This document shows, piece by piece, positions 17,446-26,222 of a stretch of 64,000 nucleotides of DNA; position 1 is the stretch's first letter; the number at the start of each line of letters is the position of its first letter. The notes below the pieces were generated by a model. That model worked only from the letters and a program-made list of their open reading frames with translations. It was not told the origin of the DNA and searched no databases. The translations under genes were made by a program, and so were the position numbers. This DNA comes from an uncultured Spirochaetaceae bacterium. Its GTDB lineage: Bacteria; Spirochaetota; Spirochaetia; Sphaerochaetales; Sphaerochaetaceae. The DNA is taken from contig CALXQU010000013.1 in NCBI GenBank assembly GCA_944390725.1, forward strand, positions 7,117 through 71,116. The letters run 5' to 3'.

Positions 17446-18065
17446 TTCTCCTCCCCGACCATCCTCGCTACAGGCAGCCTCCATCTGAAGTGGTATCCGA
17501 AGATCCTCAGGACAGTCACGGTAAGCGCGCAGATGAAGAGCACCTCGTCAGGATCGAGGCCGAGCTTCGACAGGACCACGAAGGCGAACGCCCCGATTAT
17601 GGAGGCGGACGCATAGAAGTCAGAAGTGAAGACCATCGGTATCTCCTTGGAGAATACATCCCTGAGGATGCCTCCCCCGACCGCGCTGAATACCCCGCTC
17701 GTGATGATGGCGACCCAGCCGAAGTCGAGCTCCATGGCCTTGTTGCAGCCGATAGCCGTGAACACGCCGAGCCCAAGCGCATCGAAGTACTGGATGATGC
17801 CCCACTGCCTTACGATGCGGGGGCTGAGGGCGAAGACTACGGCACCTGCCACTATGCAGACCAGGATATATGCATTGTTCTGGAAAAGCGCGACCTCGGT
17901 ATTGAGGACGACATCCCTCATGACACCGCCGCCGCAGCCTACGGTGATAGCGAAGACGATCACGCCCAGGAAGTCAAGGCGGTTCCTGACTCCCTTTATC
18001 GCGCCGGTGGCCGCGAAGACCATCGTTCCGAAGAGATCGAATAAATAGACTATGCTATCAACCAT
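17436..18065 (-). CDS. UPF0126/TRIC-like membrane protein (YadS/YicG family)
   Basis: Two repeats of the G-rich UPF0126 motif (..GGGVMRDV.. and ..GGGILRDV..). Confidence 0.8.
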   Translation of the reverse strand: MVDSIVYLFDLFGTMVFAATGAIKGVRNRLDFLGVIVFAITVGCGGGVMRDVVLNTEVALFQNNAYILVCIVAGAVVFALSPRIVRQWGIIQYFDALGLGVFTAIGCNKAMELDFGWVAIITSGVFSAVGGGILRDVFSKEIPMVFTSDFYASASIIGAFAFVVLSKLGLDPDEVLFICALTVTVLRIFGYHFRWRLPVARMVGEEKWQ

Positions 18066-18154
18066 AGCAACAAGGATAATCCAAACGGAACCTATAATGA
18101 AGATGCTTCACCGAAGCTCCTCCATTCTTTTCCTACTAGCCATTGGGCGCCGTC

Positions 18155-18757
18155 ATGAATATATTCAGAAGCATGGGAAAGATAAAAAGCGCATGGGAGA
18201 TCGCACTGGAGAAGACCAGGGACATCTCCATGGATAAGGATAAGCTCCATGCCATGGAGCAGCTTGAGAAGGCGCGCAGGGCAATCGGCGCCTATCTCAA
18301 TGACGATGATACGAAAGAGGAAGACCTTGAGGCCGTGCTCAGCAGCACGGAGGCCGGCGAGAGGAAGGAGGCCCTGAAGAAAGCTATCCTCTCCGCTATC
18401 TCGCTCAGCATGTCCCCGGATGATACAGCCATCTGGCAGAAGCTGAAGAAGCTGGCATCGCTTGCCTCCGATGACCCTGACATCCCGGCATTCCTTGACC
18501 AGATCGCCGCATACATCAGGCAGTATCCGGAACACAGGAAGTCGCTCCTGGAGAAGCTGAAGGCCCAGTTCCAGCCGATGCTCGAGGAGAAGGAACAGGA
18601 GCTTTCGAGGAAGTATGGCCAGGATGTCCATCTCTCGCTCGATAGCGACAAGGAATTCATCCAGATCGCGACGCAGAACCTCAAGCAGCTCGACCAGCAG
18701 TATGATGCGGCTGTGCAGAATGCCAAGGACGAGCTCGGCAGGATTATAACTGGCTAA
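18155..18757 (+). CDS. hypothetical protein, predicted helical and acidic
   Basis: Coding-like ORF followed by a clean terminator. No family recognised and the start is uncertain (18155 or 18173). Confidence 0.5.
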   Translation: MNIFRSMGKIKSAWEIALEKTRDISMDKDKLHAMEQLEKARRAIGAYLNDDDTKEEDLEAVLSSTEAGERKEALKKAILSAISLSMSPDDTAIWQKLKKLASLASDDPDIPAFLDQIAAYIRQYPEHRKSLLEKLKAQFQPMLEEKEQELSRKYGQDVHLSLDSDKEFIQIATQNLKQLDQQYDAAVQNAKDELGRIITG

Positions 18758-18789
18758 TCAACTGCTTGCATAATAAGATATTATCCTAA

Positions 18790-18820
18790 AAGGAAGGCAT
18801 CATCGGCCTTCCTTTTGATT
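18790..18820 (+). terminator. rho-independent terminator
   Basis: AAGGAAGGC-N7-GCCTTCCTT followed by TTGATTT. Confidence 0.7.
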
Positions 18821-18825
18821 TATGC

Positions 18826-18853
18826 TTGACATATACCATCCCCATGGTAGGAT
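18826..18853 (+). promoter_or_regulatory. sigma70-like promoter TTGACA-16 nt-TAGGAT
   Basis: Read directly. No protein-coding gene follows on this strand. Confidence 0.4.
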
Positions 18854-18859
18854 GAAATC

Positions 18860-19171
18860 AGATAAAGGCAGAGGCAAGGTCAACTCAGGAGCAGCCAAAG
18901 TACCCTGATGAGGGGAATGCTTCAGGAGGGAAAACCGGGCGTGGGAAATCAGAAATACTAGCTGAATGGCTGCAAAGGAAAAAACAATAATCCCCGTCGG
19001 CAGGAACCGGAGCTCAGCCTTAGATAAAGTGGTCCATAGAGGGACCAGCAAGTACGCAGGAGAGTAATCCTGCAGAAAAGAGGGGCACGCCGTAACCCCT
19101 ACAAGAGAGGCAGTCGTGTGGACGACTCAAAACAAACGCTTGCTCTGTTCAAAGTCATAACTGCAGAGCGT
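18860..19171 (+). ncRNA. candidate structured non-coding RNA of about 310-350 nt, family not recognised
   Basis: Stops occur in all + frames. Multiple local hairpins are present (GGUCC-AUAGAG-GGACC, GCAGGA-GAGUAA-UCCUGC, GGGG-N10-CCCC, GUCG-UGUGGA-CGAC). It is bounded by the promoter above and the terminator below. Confidence 0.35.
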
Positions 19172-19206
19172 AGAAAAGACAGCAGAATACGACTGCTGTC
19201 TTTTTA
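19172..19206. terminator. bidirectional rho-independent terminator
   Basis: GACAGCAG-N7-CTGCTGTC is flanked by AGAAAA on the 5' side and TTTTTATT on the 3' side. It serves the + strand unit and the - strand lipoprotein gene. Confidence 0.7.
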
Positions 19207-19329
19207 TTGTGTCACAGCTCTGTGAATAAAACATGGCTCTCCATCATAGAAGAACCCAAACAAAAAGGGAGCTACCCTATATTGCAGCCCCCTCCCAATG
19301 AAACAAATCTTCAAAATATCCAACTAATA

Positions 19330-21054
19330 CTATTCAAGGTGAACTTCATTCTGGCCAACAATCTGGACATAGCAGGTATCTCCTCTCCATCTCTCATATT
19401 CTTCATTCGAATCAATTATTGCCTGAAGGGCTTCACTATCATCGGAAATAAGAGTGACCTTCTCATTGTTAGCGCTGGCCATGAAGATGTCTTTTGCCTT
19501 GGAATTCCATTCATTAATGGTCATCTCAACAGTTGAGTCATAGATCTCTACAGTAGTTGGATATACATAAGAGCCTGGGGTAGCATTTCCTACGACAAGT
19601 GCTGCATATGCAACCATATTCCCCTGACTCCAGTTCTTGAGGCTTTCATATTCTGCAGGGAAAGTTTCATTTGGACTAAACAGATATTCCCAGTCGGCAT
19701 TTACTTTTGATTTTCCTGTTGAGATTATATGGCTTCTTTCAATCCTGAAGTTTCCACCCCTGGCAATAAGAGCATGGAAATCTCCCGTAATCGTTGAATC
19801 TGTTATCGTCACATCACTCATTACATTCAGTAATACAGCAGAATAATTGTGCTCTGTATTGGCCATTGTTATCGTTGATCCCTGAATATTAATCACCAAA
19901 TCCTGCGATACATCTGGTGCGCTTGCATTGGTACTGAACACATAGGATCCCCCAGTTGTTTTTAGATTAGAATCCATTATGTCAAGCCTCATACCATCGT
20001 TGTTATTTACAAGCAGGATGCAGTCACTATCGGATGTATAATCGACACCATTCAGGCTCAACCTAGCTTTTTCGAAAAGCGATATCGTTACATTATTTTC
20101 CATACCATTAAAATTGAGAATCCCGTTCACTATTTCCATACTCGATTCGTCCTCAATATCCCATGGAACGGAAGAAGTAAGTGTGTGGTTATTTAAATCA
20201 ATAGTATAAGAACCAACGAAATCAAGGACATCGCGATTATATTCCGCTTTATTTTCACTAGGATTGTTGAAGGAATCATTATCAACAGAAATATCCATGC
20301 TGTTGATTGAGATATTCTTGGTCAGTCTTACGCGATTATATTCTTTCAGTGCATTACTGAATTCTGTTTGAGAGGTTGCATCATATTTGGTTTTTATATC
20401 TGCTTCAGGACTCTCTGCTGAGATTTCGCCAAGGATTTCAGAATCTTCAGGATTATCTTTGCTGATATCAATAATTCCTGGAATTGAATTCGAGATTGCA
20501 ATATTTTCCTTCTTTGTATCTTTGCCGATTGAAATACCAACAATAGAGGTTGCATCTCCAGTACTAGATCCTGAGACTATGACTTTGAAATTCGTTGCCG
20601 AGAAAGCGGCGTCATTGACTGAGAATATCGCCTGAATCTGTTCTGTTATATCATTCGCTACTGTTATCGTTAGGCCATCCAGATTTACAGTTGCACCATC
20701 AGCGACTACAAAAAGATTTTTTGCTTCAGGACTGGCTTTTGCCTTAGGTACATTTGCAAATGCTACCAATATCTCATCATCAACTCCTAGATTCCCGGAG
20801 AGTTCCTTATCCCCCAAAAGCATAAGAGGGAATATCGGGGAGGATGGACTTAAATTATCTATATCCAAGATTCCCTTCACCTTTCCGGACCTTGATGCAA
20901 AATCTTTCAAATCGTCTTCATCTTTGATTGTCATTGTTACGGGTTCTGAGCCGCCCATATCTGGAATCCATCCAAACGGAGGCATTTGCGGTATACAGCT
21001 CGCAATTACGAGCGCAAATAGTATGCACATCATAGCGAAGATATTCTTTCTCAT
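19330..21054 (-). CDS. putative surface lipoprotein with beta-helix-like repeats
   Basis: MRKNIFAMMCILFALVIASC signal peptide with lipobox. GGAGA RBS before the ATG at 21054. Repetitive ..V.I.dS.I..-type segments and strongly AT-rich codon usage. Confidence 0.75.
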   Translation of the reverse strand: MRKNIFAMMCILFALVIASCIPQMPPFGWIPDMGGSEPVTMTIKDEDDLKDFASRSGKVKGILDIDNLSPSSPIFPLMLLGDKELSGNLGVDDEILVAFANVPKAKASPEAKNLFVVADGATVNLDGLTITVANDITEQIQAIFSVNDAAFSATNFKVIVSGSSTGDATSIVGISIGKDTKKENIAISNSIPGIIDISKDNPEDSEILGEISAESPEADIKTKYDATSQTEFSNALKEYNRVRLTKNISINSMDISVDNDSFNNPSENKAEYNRDVLDFVGSYTIDLNNHTLTSSVPWDIEDESSMEIVNGILNFNGMENNVTISLFEKARLSLNGVDYTSDSDCILLVNNNDGMRLDIMDSNLKTTGGSYVFSTNASAPDVSQDLVINIQGSTITMANTEHNYSAVLLNVMSDVTITDSTITGDFHALIARGGNFRIERSHIISTGKSKVNADWEYLFSPNETFPAEYESLKNWSQGNMVAYAALVVGNATPGSYVYPTTVEIYDSTVEMTINEWNSKAKDIFMASANNEKVTLISDDSEALQAIIDSNEEYERWRGDTCYVQIVGQNEVHLE

Positions 21055-21073
21055 TCTATTTCTCCGGTATTTT

Positions 21074-21102
21074 ACTATACCCCCCCCCCAGTAGATTGTC
21101 AA
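21074..21102 (-). promoter_or_regulatory. promoter TTGACA-17 nt-TATAGT whose spacer contains G10
   Basis: The minus strand reads TTGACAatctactGGGGGGGGGGTATAGT, 19 nt upstream of the ATG at 21054. Confidence 0.7.
21080..21089. repeat. homopolymeric C10 (+ strand) / G10 (- strand) tract
   Basis: Counted directly in the sequence. Confidence 0.95.
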
Positions 21103-21239
21103 GTTAAATAATCTTTACCCGTCGGACTGGGGCTCCGTTTGCATCCTGGGTTGTGAGTCTGCAAGCTTTTGCAGAATGAATAAGGAAATGAGTATAAGAA
21201 TAATGCAGCCCTGCCACAGGCTGCGGATTGGGAATTATA

Positions 21240-21268
21240 CCTCCTGACAGCTTTGTGCCATCAGGAGG
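21240..21268 (-). terminator. hairpin CCTCCTGA-N13-TCAGGAGG after the malic enzyme gene
   Basis: 8-bp stem 10 nt after the stop. The U-tract is weak (UAUAAUU). Confidence 0.4.
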
Positions 21269-21277
21269 CCATGGGTG

Positions 21278-22561
21278 CTAGTTCCAGTACTTCTCCATCC
21301 TCTTCTTGAGGGAAGTCCTGTAGCCATCCCAGTCGGTGATAGGGGCAAGGGCCACGCCATCCTCGCAGGCTGCCTTCGCGACCGCCACCGCCTCATATTC
21401 GATTACGCGCGGGTCAAACGGCTTCGGCACGATATACTCGCGGCCGAATGAGAAGTCCTTGCCTTCATAGGCCTTCCTCACCTCTTCGCAGACAGGTTCC
21501 TTGGCAAGGTCCCTAAGCGCCTCTGCCGCAGCCATCTTCATATGCTCGGTAATCTGCGAGGCCCTTACGTCGAGAGCGCCGCGGAAGATGAACGGGAAGC
21601 CGAGCACGTTGTTGATCTGGTTCGGATAGTCAGACCTTCCTGTCGCCATGATCACATCATCCCTGGCAGCCATCGCATCCTCATAGGCAATCTCCGGATC
21701 CGGATTGGCCATCGCGAATACGATCGGGTTCCTTGCCATCGTCTTCAGCATCTCAGGCTTGAGGCATCCTGCCACGGAAAGGCCCATGAACACATCGGCT
21801 CCATCGACAGCCTCAGCAAGCGTCCTCTTATCGGTATCGGCAGCAAGCTCGGCCTTCTCCGCTGTCAGGCCTGGCCTGCCCTTGTATATCACGCCCTTGC
21901 TGTCCAGCAGCATCAGGTTCTCCTGCCTCACCCCCGCAGCGATGAACATCTTCGCGCAGGAAATGCCTGCAGCTCCGGCTCCGTTGACCACGACCTTCGT
22001 CTCCGAAAGCTTCCTGCCTGTTATCTCGGCAGCATTCATCAGCCCGGCAGTCGCGATGATGGCAGTGCCATGCTGGTCATCATGGAATACGGGAATCGGG
22101 CATCTCCTCTTGAGCTCATTCTCGATATAGAAGCATTCTGGCCCCTTGATATCCTCGAGATTGATGCCTCCGAATGTCGGCGTAAGGCGCTCGATGGTAT
22201 CGACGAGCTTCTCAGGGTCCTTCTCATTGATCTCGATGTCGAACACGTCGATATCCGCGAATCTCTTGAAGAGGACCCCCTTGCCCTCCATGACAGGCTT
22301 CGAGGCAAGCGCGCCTCTGTCCCCGAGGCCGAGGATGGCCGTGCCATTCGAGATCACCGCCACGAGATTGCCCTTCGATGTGTACTTATATGCGTTCTCG
22401 GGGTTCTCCTCGATCTTAAGCACAGGCTTGGCGACGCCTGGCGTATAGGCCAGGGCCAGGTCCTCTGCCGTAGTACACGGCTTGGTCGGCACTACCGATA
22501 CCTTTCCAGGCACCCCGTCCATGCTGTGGTATTCAAGCGCTTTCTTCTCAAGTTCGTCCAT
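21278..22561 (-). CDS. NAD(P)-dependent malic enzyme (short form, no PTA domain)
   Basis: Full-length resemblance to the MaeB N-terminal module (..[13 protein letters not shown]-like [19 protein letters not shown]). GAGGAGG lies before the ATG at 22561. Confidence 0.9.
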   Translation of the reverse strand: MDELEKKALEYHSMDGVPGKVSVVPTKPCTTAEDLALAYTPGVAKPVLKIEENPENAYKYTSKGNLVAVISNGTAILGLGDRGALASKPVMEGKGVLFKRFADIDVFDIEINEKDPEKLVDTIERLTPTFGGINLEDIKGPECFYIENELKRRCPIPVFHDDQHGTAIIATAGLMNAAEITGRKLSETKVVVNGAGAAGISCAKMFIAAGVRQENLMLLDSKGVIYKGRPGLTAEKAELAADTDKRTLAEAVDGADVFMGLSVAGCLKPEMLKTMARNPIVFAMANPDPEIAYEDAMAARDDVIMATGRSDYPNQINNVLGFPFIFRGALDVRASQITEHMKMAAAEALRDLAKEPVCEEVRKAYEGKDFSFGREYIVPKPFDPRVIEYEAVAVAKAACEDGVALAPITDWDGYRTSLKKRMEKYWN

Positions 22562-22565
22562 TTCC

Positions 22566-23453
22566 TCAGACCTCCTCAGTGAAAATCTCATCCTTCACAG
22601 GCACGGACTGCATGGCCCCTGGGCGGGAGACCGCTATCCCCGATGCCTTGGATGCATAATACAGGGACTCCTTGACGCTGAGGCCCCTGATGCATGATGC
22701 AAGATAGTAGCCGATGAACGTATCGCCGGCAGCTGTCGTATCGACAACAGGATAATCGATAATCGGCTGGTAGATAAATCCCTCGCGGCCACGGTAATAC
22801 GCGCCCTTGGAACCGGCTGTCATGATGATCTCCTGCCCCGGATACAGCTCGCTGAGCTTCCCTATGATCTCCTCATAGCTGCCTTTGCAGCCTGCAAGCC
22901 CAGCTCCCTCGATCTCGTTGACGATCAGCAGGTCCACAAGGGAGAGCGGCAGGCTGGATATCGTATCATCGAACGGAGCTGGGTTGAAGCAGATGCGCAT
23001 GCCCTTCTCCGCAGCCTTCTCCATGATATAGCCTATCAGGTTGATCTCATTCTGCAGCACGATCCAGTCCCCGGCCGAGAACTTGGCAAGCACGCTGTCT
23101 ATCTCTTCCCTGGCGATGTTCCTGTTCTCGCCCGGAAGGAGGATTATCGCATTCTGGTTGCTGTCGGAGAGCTGGATGATGGCCTGCCCGGAAGGATTAT
23201 CCGTCACGAGCACATTGGCGCAGTCGACGGAGAATCCCTCAAGGATATCGACAAGGAACCTGCCATCCCTGCCGACCTTGCCTGCCATATATGTCTCGCA
23301 GCCGGCCTTCGCCAGAGCCGCGGCCTGGTTGGCGCCCTTGCCGCCTGCGCTGCGCGTCATCGATGAGGAGGACAGCGTCTCGCCTGCCTCTACGAAATGA
23401 GGTACCTTGAAGACCATATCGATGTTCAGGGAACCATAGCAAAGAATCCTCAT
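22566..23453 (-). CDS. rbsK: ribokinase
   Basis: PfkB motifs ..GGKGANQAAA.. and ..DTTAAGDTF... ATGA overlap with the upstream gene. Confidence 0.85.
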   Translation of the reverse strand: MRILCYGSLNIDMVFKVPHFVEAGETLSSSSMTRSAGGKGANQAAALAKAGCETYMAGKVGRDGRFLVDILEGFSVDCANVLVTDNPSGQAIIQLSDSNQNAIILLPGENRNIAREEIDSVLAKFSAGDWIVLQNEINLIGYIMEKAAEKGMRICFNPAPFDDTISSLPLSLVDLLIVNEIEGAGLAGCKGSYEEIIGKLSELYPGQEIIMTAGSKGAYYRGREGFIYQPIIDYPVVDTTAAGDTFIGYYLASCIRGLSVKESLYYASKASGIAVSRPGAMQSVPVKDEIFTEEV

Positions 23454-24415
23454 ATAGCGACCTTCCTTTCTGCCTGGAACAGCAGGTCCACCGAGAAGAT
23501 GGAGAAAATCATCGATAGTATGTAATAGACGATTATCAGGAGGGTCGCATTCAGTGCGACCTCGCCCTGGTCAGGGAAGAACAATACCGCAAGCGGTATG
23601 CCCATCCCTATCGTCTTCTGCGTGCATGTGAAGATGAGGCTGATCCTGTCCTCCCTCGCGAACCTGAGCGCGCCTGTCAGCACAGTGCCGACGGCAAGCA
23701 AGATGAAGAGGAAGATGACGAGCGCTATGGCAGGGACCATCAGCGAGGATACCAGCCTGGCGATATATCCCTCGGAAACAGCGAACGAGACATAGGAATA
23801 CAGTATGACGAAGATGCTGTAGTCCTTGCAGAACCTGGCAGGGCGCATCAGCTTATCGCGGAAGCGGAAGCAGAGCTGCCCGGCAGCGAACGGCAGCAGC
23901 ATCTTGATGGCAAGCTCAGCGACGATCGATGAGAATGATACGGCCATCTCGAACTGCGTCTTCAGGAATACCGAGAGGATAAGCGGCGTGACGAAGATGC
24001 CGAGGAACTGCGAGAGTATGACATTGTACATCGACAGCACGCTGTTGCCATGCTTGCTCTCCGTCAGCATTATCCCGGAGGAGATCGGCGTCGCCAGCGA
24101 TGAGACGAACATCAGCCCTATCATGGCCTCCTTGGTCGAATGCGGGAGGAAGGCCGCATAGAGGACAGCTGCGATTGCCGGCGAGATGACGAACAGGAAG
24201 ACCTGCGCGAAGAGCATCTCGCGCCATTTCGCTATCCCTGCGATTACCTTGGAGATATCCATGCTGATGCCGATGCCGAAATACATCGCCATGATCAGGA
24301 GCGTTATGATCCAGTCATGCCCCTTGATATAGGCCCCGGGCCCCGGCAGCAGCAGCGCCAGAGCCAGCGTGAAGGCAAGGACCATATAGAAAGATGGCTT
24401 CCTCAGCTTCCTCAA
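23450..24415 (-). CDS. bile acid:Na+ symporter (BASS/SBF-like) family transporter
   Basis: About 9-10 TM segments and an SBF-like N-terminal pattern. ATGA overlaps at both ends. Confidence 0.7.
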   Translation of the reverse strand: MRKLRKPSFYMVLAFTLALALLLPGPGAYIKGHDWIITLLIMAMYFGIGISMDISKVIAGIAKWREMLFAQVFLFVISPAIAAVLYAAFLPHSTKEAMIGLMFVSSLATPISSGIMLTESKHGNSVLSMYNVILSQFLGIFVTPLILSVFLKTQFEMAVSFSSIVAELAIKMLLPFAAGQLCFRFRDKLMRPARFCKDYSIFVILYSYVSFAVSEGYIARLVSSLMVPAIALVIFLFILLAVGTVLTGALRFAREDRISLIFTCTQKTIGMGIPLAVLFFPDQGEVALNATLLIIVYYILSMIFSIFSVDLLFQAERKVAI

Positions 24416-25308
24416 GAGGCGCCTCCCTGCTCCAGCGACATGGCGAGGCCGGCGATGCGCTCGGCTTCAGCCCGCGCAAGGGGCATAAGCGGCGGTATCG
24501 GATCCCCGAAATCGAATCCCTGCACCCTGAGCACTCCCTTGATGCATGATGCCAGGTCATATCTCGCGAAAGCGGCATTGATGCCCCACATCTTCCTCTG
24601 CAGGGCCATCGCCTCGTCTATCCTCCCCTCTCCGGCAAGGCTGAAGAGCCTTACGGCGGACCTGGGTATGATGCATGCGGGACCTGCCATCCATCCGACA
24701 CCCCCAAGCTCGAATACGAAGAGCGGGATATGGGCGCTGGCGCTGAATATCCTGTACCTGCTGCCATATCTCCCGCTGATGGAGAGCAGGAAGCCCGTAT
24801 TGCCCGAGGCATCCTTATAGCCATCGACATTGGGACAGTCCGCGATGAGGTCGAAAAGCTGCAGCGGATATGAGTAATGCATATACTTCGGATTGCTGTA
24901 GAGGATGACTTCCGTATCGGGGACAGCCCTGCTTATGCTGCGGATGACGGAGGCAAGCATCTCGGCAGAGAGCGGGAAATACTGCTCCACCATCAGCACG
25001 ATGGCATCGACGCCAAGTCCTGCGAACGCAGTGGCCTGCTCTATCATCTGCCTTGCCGAGAAGCCGCTGACGCCTGCCACGACATCAAGGCCCGCGGCCC
25101 TGCCGGCAGAGACGGCCTCCCTGGCCAGCTCCAGCTTCTGCGCCTCAGTCAGATACGGGAACTCGCCTACGCTGCCCATCACGCAGATGCCGGAGACGCC
25201 GCAGCCGGCAAGATGAGCGGAAAGCGCATGCAGGGGCTCTGCGAGGATGCGGCCTTCCGCATCTACAGGAGTCGGCAGATATGGGATTATCCCGGAGACC
25301 TTCCTCAT
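24412..25308 (-). CDS. DapA/NAL-family class I aldolase (dihydrodipicolinate synthase-like)
   Basis: ..MGSVGEFPYLT.. motif typical of the family; 298 aa. Confidence 0.8.
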   Translation of the reverse strand: MRKVSGIIPYLPTPVDAEGRILAEPLHALSAHLAGCGVSGICVMGSVGEFPYLTEAQKLELAREAVSAGRAAGLDVVAGVSGFSARQMIEQATAFAGLGVDAIVLMVEQYFPLSAEMLASVIRSISRAVPDTEVILYSNPKYMHYSYPLQLFDLIADCPNVDGYKDASGNTGFLLSISGRYGSRYRIFSASAHIPLFVFELGGVGWMAGPACIIPRSAVRLFSLAGEGRIDEAMALQRKMWGINAAFARYDLASCIKGVLRVQGFDFGDPIPPLMPLARAEAERIAGLAMSLEQGGAS

Positions 25309-26222
25309 AGCTCCACCTTGAAATCGGAAGCGAGATGCTTCCTTGCCCTCTCCGCATCCACGCCTACGCCATAGAAGTGGCTATGGCCGTCGGGCTTCGT
25401 GAGGACCATCATGCCGCGGCACGGCGAATGGGAGCACTCTATAGCTATGCCGCATTCACGGTATTCCACGATACCGCTATCGGCAAGCGCGAGATACGCA
25501 AGGTAATCATGCATCGGCATGATAGGAGAGCCTCCCTTCCTGCACTCATGGGAGCGGCAGCAGGAAAGGGCCGTATCGCGGAAGAACCCATCACCGATCC
25601 CCTTCGCCTCCGCATCAGTCAGGATCACCTGCATGGTGATATCGTAAGGGATGACATGTATCCCGGGTATCGACCTGAAGACTATGGAGGCAGCCTCGGG
25701 GTCATTCATCACATTCGATTCCGAAACAGGGGAGCTGTTCCCCTGGATGGCATGCACCCCGCCCATGAAATAGAGGTCCTTCACATGGGAAGGGAAGCTG
25801 CTGTCAAGCAGTATCGCCAGCGCGATATTCGTCAGCGGCCCGGTGCAGAGGAGGGTTATCCCGCCAAGCTCCCTGGCTTTCCTGGCCAGATAAGCGGCAG
25901 CAGGCTCATCGATTATGGGAGAGCGGTAAGCGACGCCCTCCTTCCATTCCTGGCGCAGCCACTTCATCTGCTCGTCGCAGAATGTGCAGCTCTTCCTTGT
26001 CGCAAGCATCAGCGGCTTGTCGGAGCCGGGGACTATGTCGATGCCTGAGGCGCCATGCATCTCGAGGAAGACCTGCGCCATCTTGGCACGTTCCATAGCC
26101 GCCACGCGACGTCCGAACGTAGTCACGCCGCAGAGCTCTATATCCCTATTGGCAGCAAGGCCGTAAAGGGCGAAGAAATCATCGCCGAGGAGGTCCGAGT
26201 CGAAGAACAGATTGCGGATCAT
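25305..26222 (-). CDS. nucleoside hydrolase (IUNH family), copy 2
   Basis: N-terminal FFDSDLLGDD (DxDxxxDD). The ATG at 26222 forms an ATGA overlap with the upstream stop. The longer ORF-track N-terminus is R/C/P-rich and implausible. Confidence 0.8.
   Translation of the reverse strand: MIRNLFFDSDLLGDDFFALYGLAANRDIELCGVTTFGRRVAAMERAKMAQVFLEMHGASGIDIVPGSDKPLMLATRKSCTFCDEQMKWLRQEWKEGVAYRSPIIDEPAAAYLARKARELGGITLLCTGPLTNIALAILLDSSFPSHVKDLYFMGGVHAIQGNSSPVSESNVMNDPEAASIVFRSIPGIHVIPYDITMQVILTDAEAKGIGDGFFRDTALSCCRSHECRKGGSPIMPMHDYLAYLALADSGIVEYRECGIAIECSHSPCRGMMVLTKPDGHSHFYGVGVDAERARKHLASDFKVEL

Noticed and set aside
18800-19051. An 83-aa minus-strand ORF, and an 18-codon + strand ORF (18852-18908), within the same intergenic region.
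   Set aside because: The 83-aa ORF starts with TTG, has no RBS and runs antisense across the hairpins. The 18-codon ORF begins inside the predicted -10 box. Neither can be fully excluded without expression data.
18860-19171. Identity of the orphan RNA-like region as RNase P RNA, tmRNA, SRP RNA, or a cobalamin, SAM-I or c-di-AMP riboswitch.
   Set aside because: Only partial matches are present. GGAGGGAAAACCGGGCG differs from the P4 sequence GAGGAAAGUCCGGGC. There is no ACAGAA-CCGGCUUA partner at the right distance, no tRNA-like 3' end or tag ORF, no GGAA/AGCAGC SRP helix-8 motif and no B12 box. No downstream gene is present for a riboswitch.
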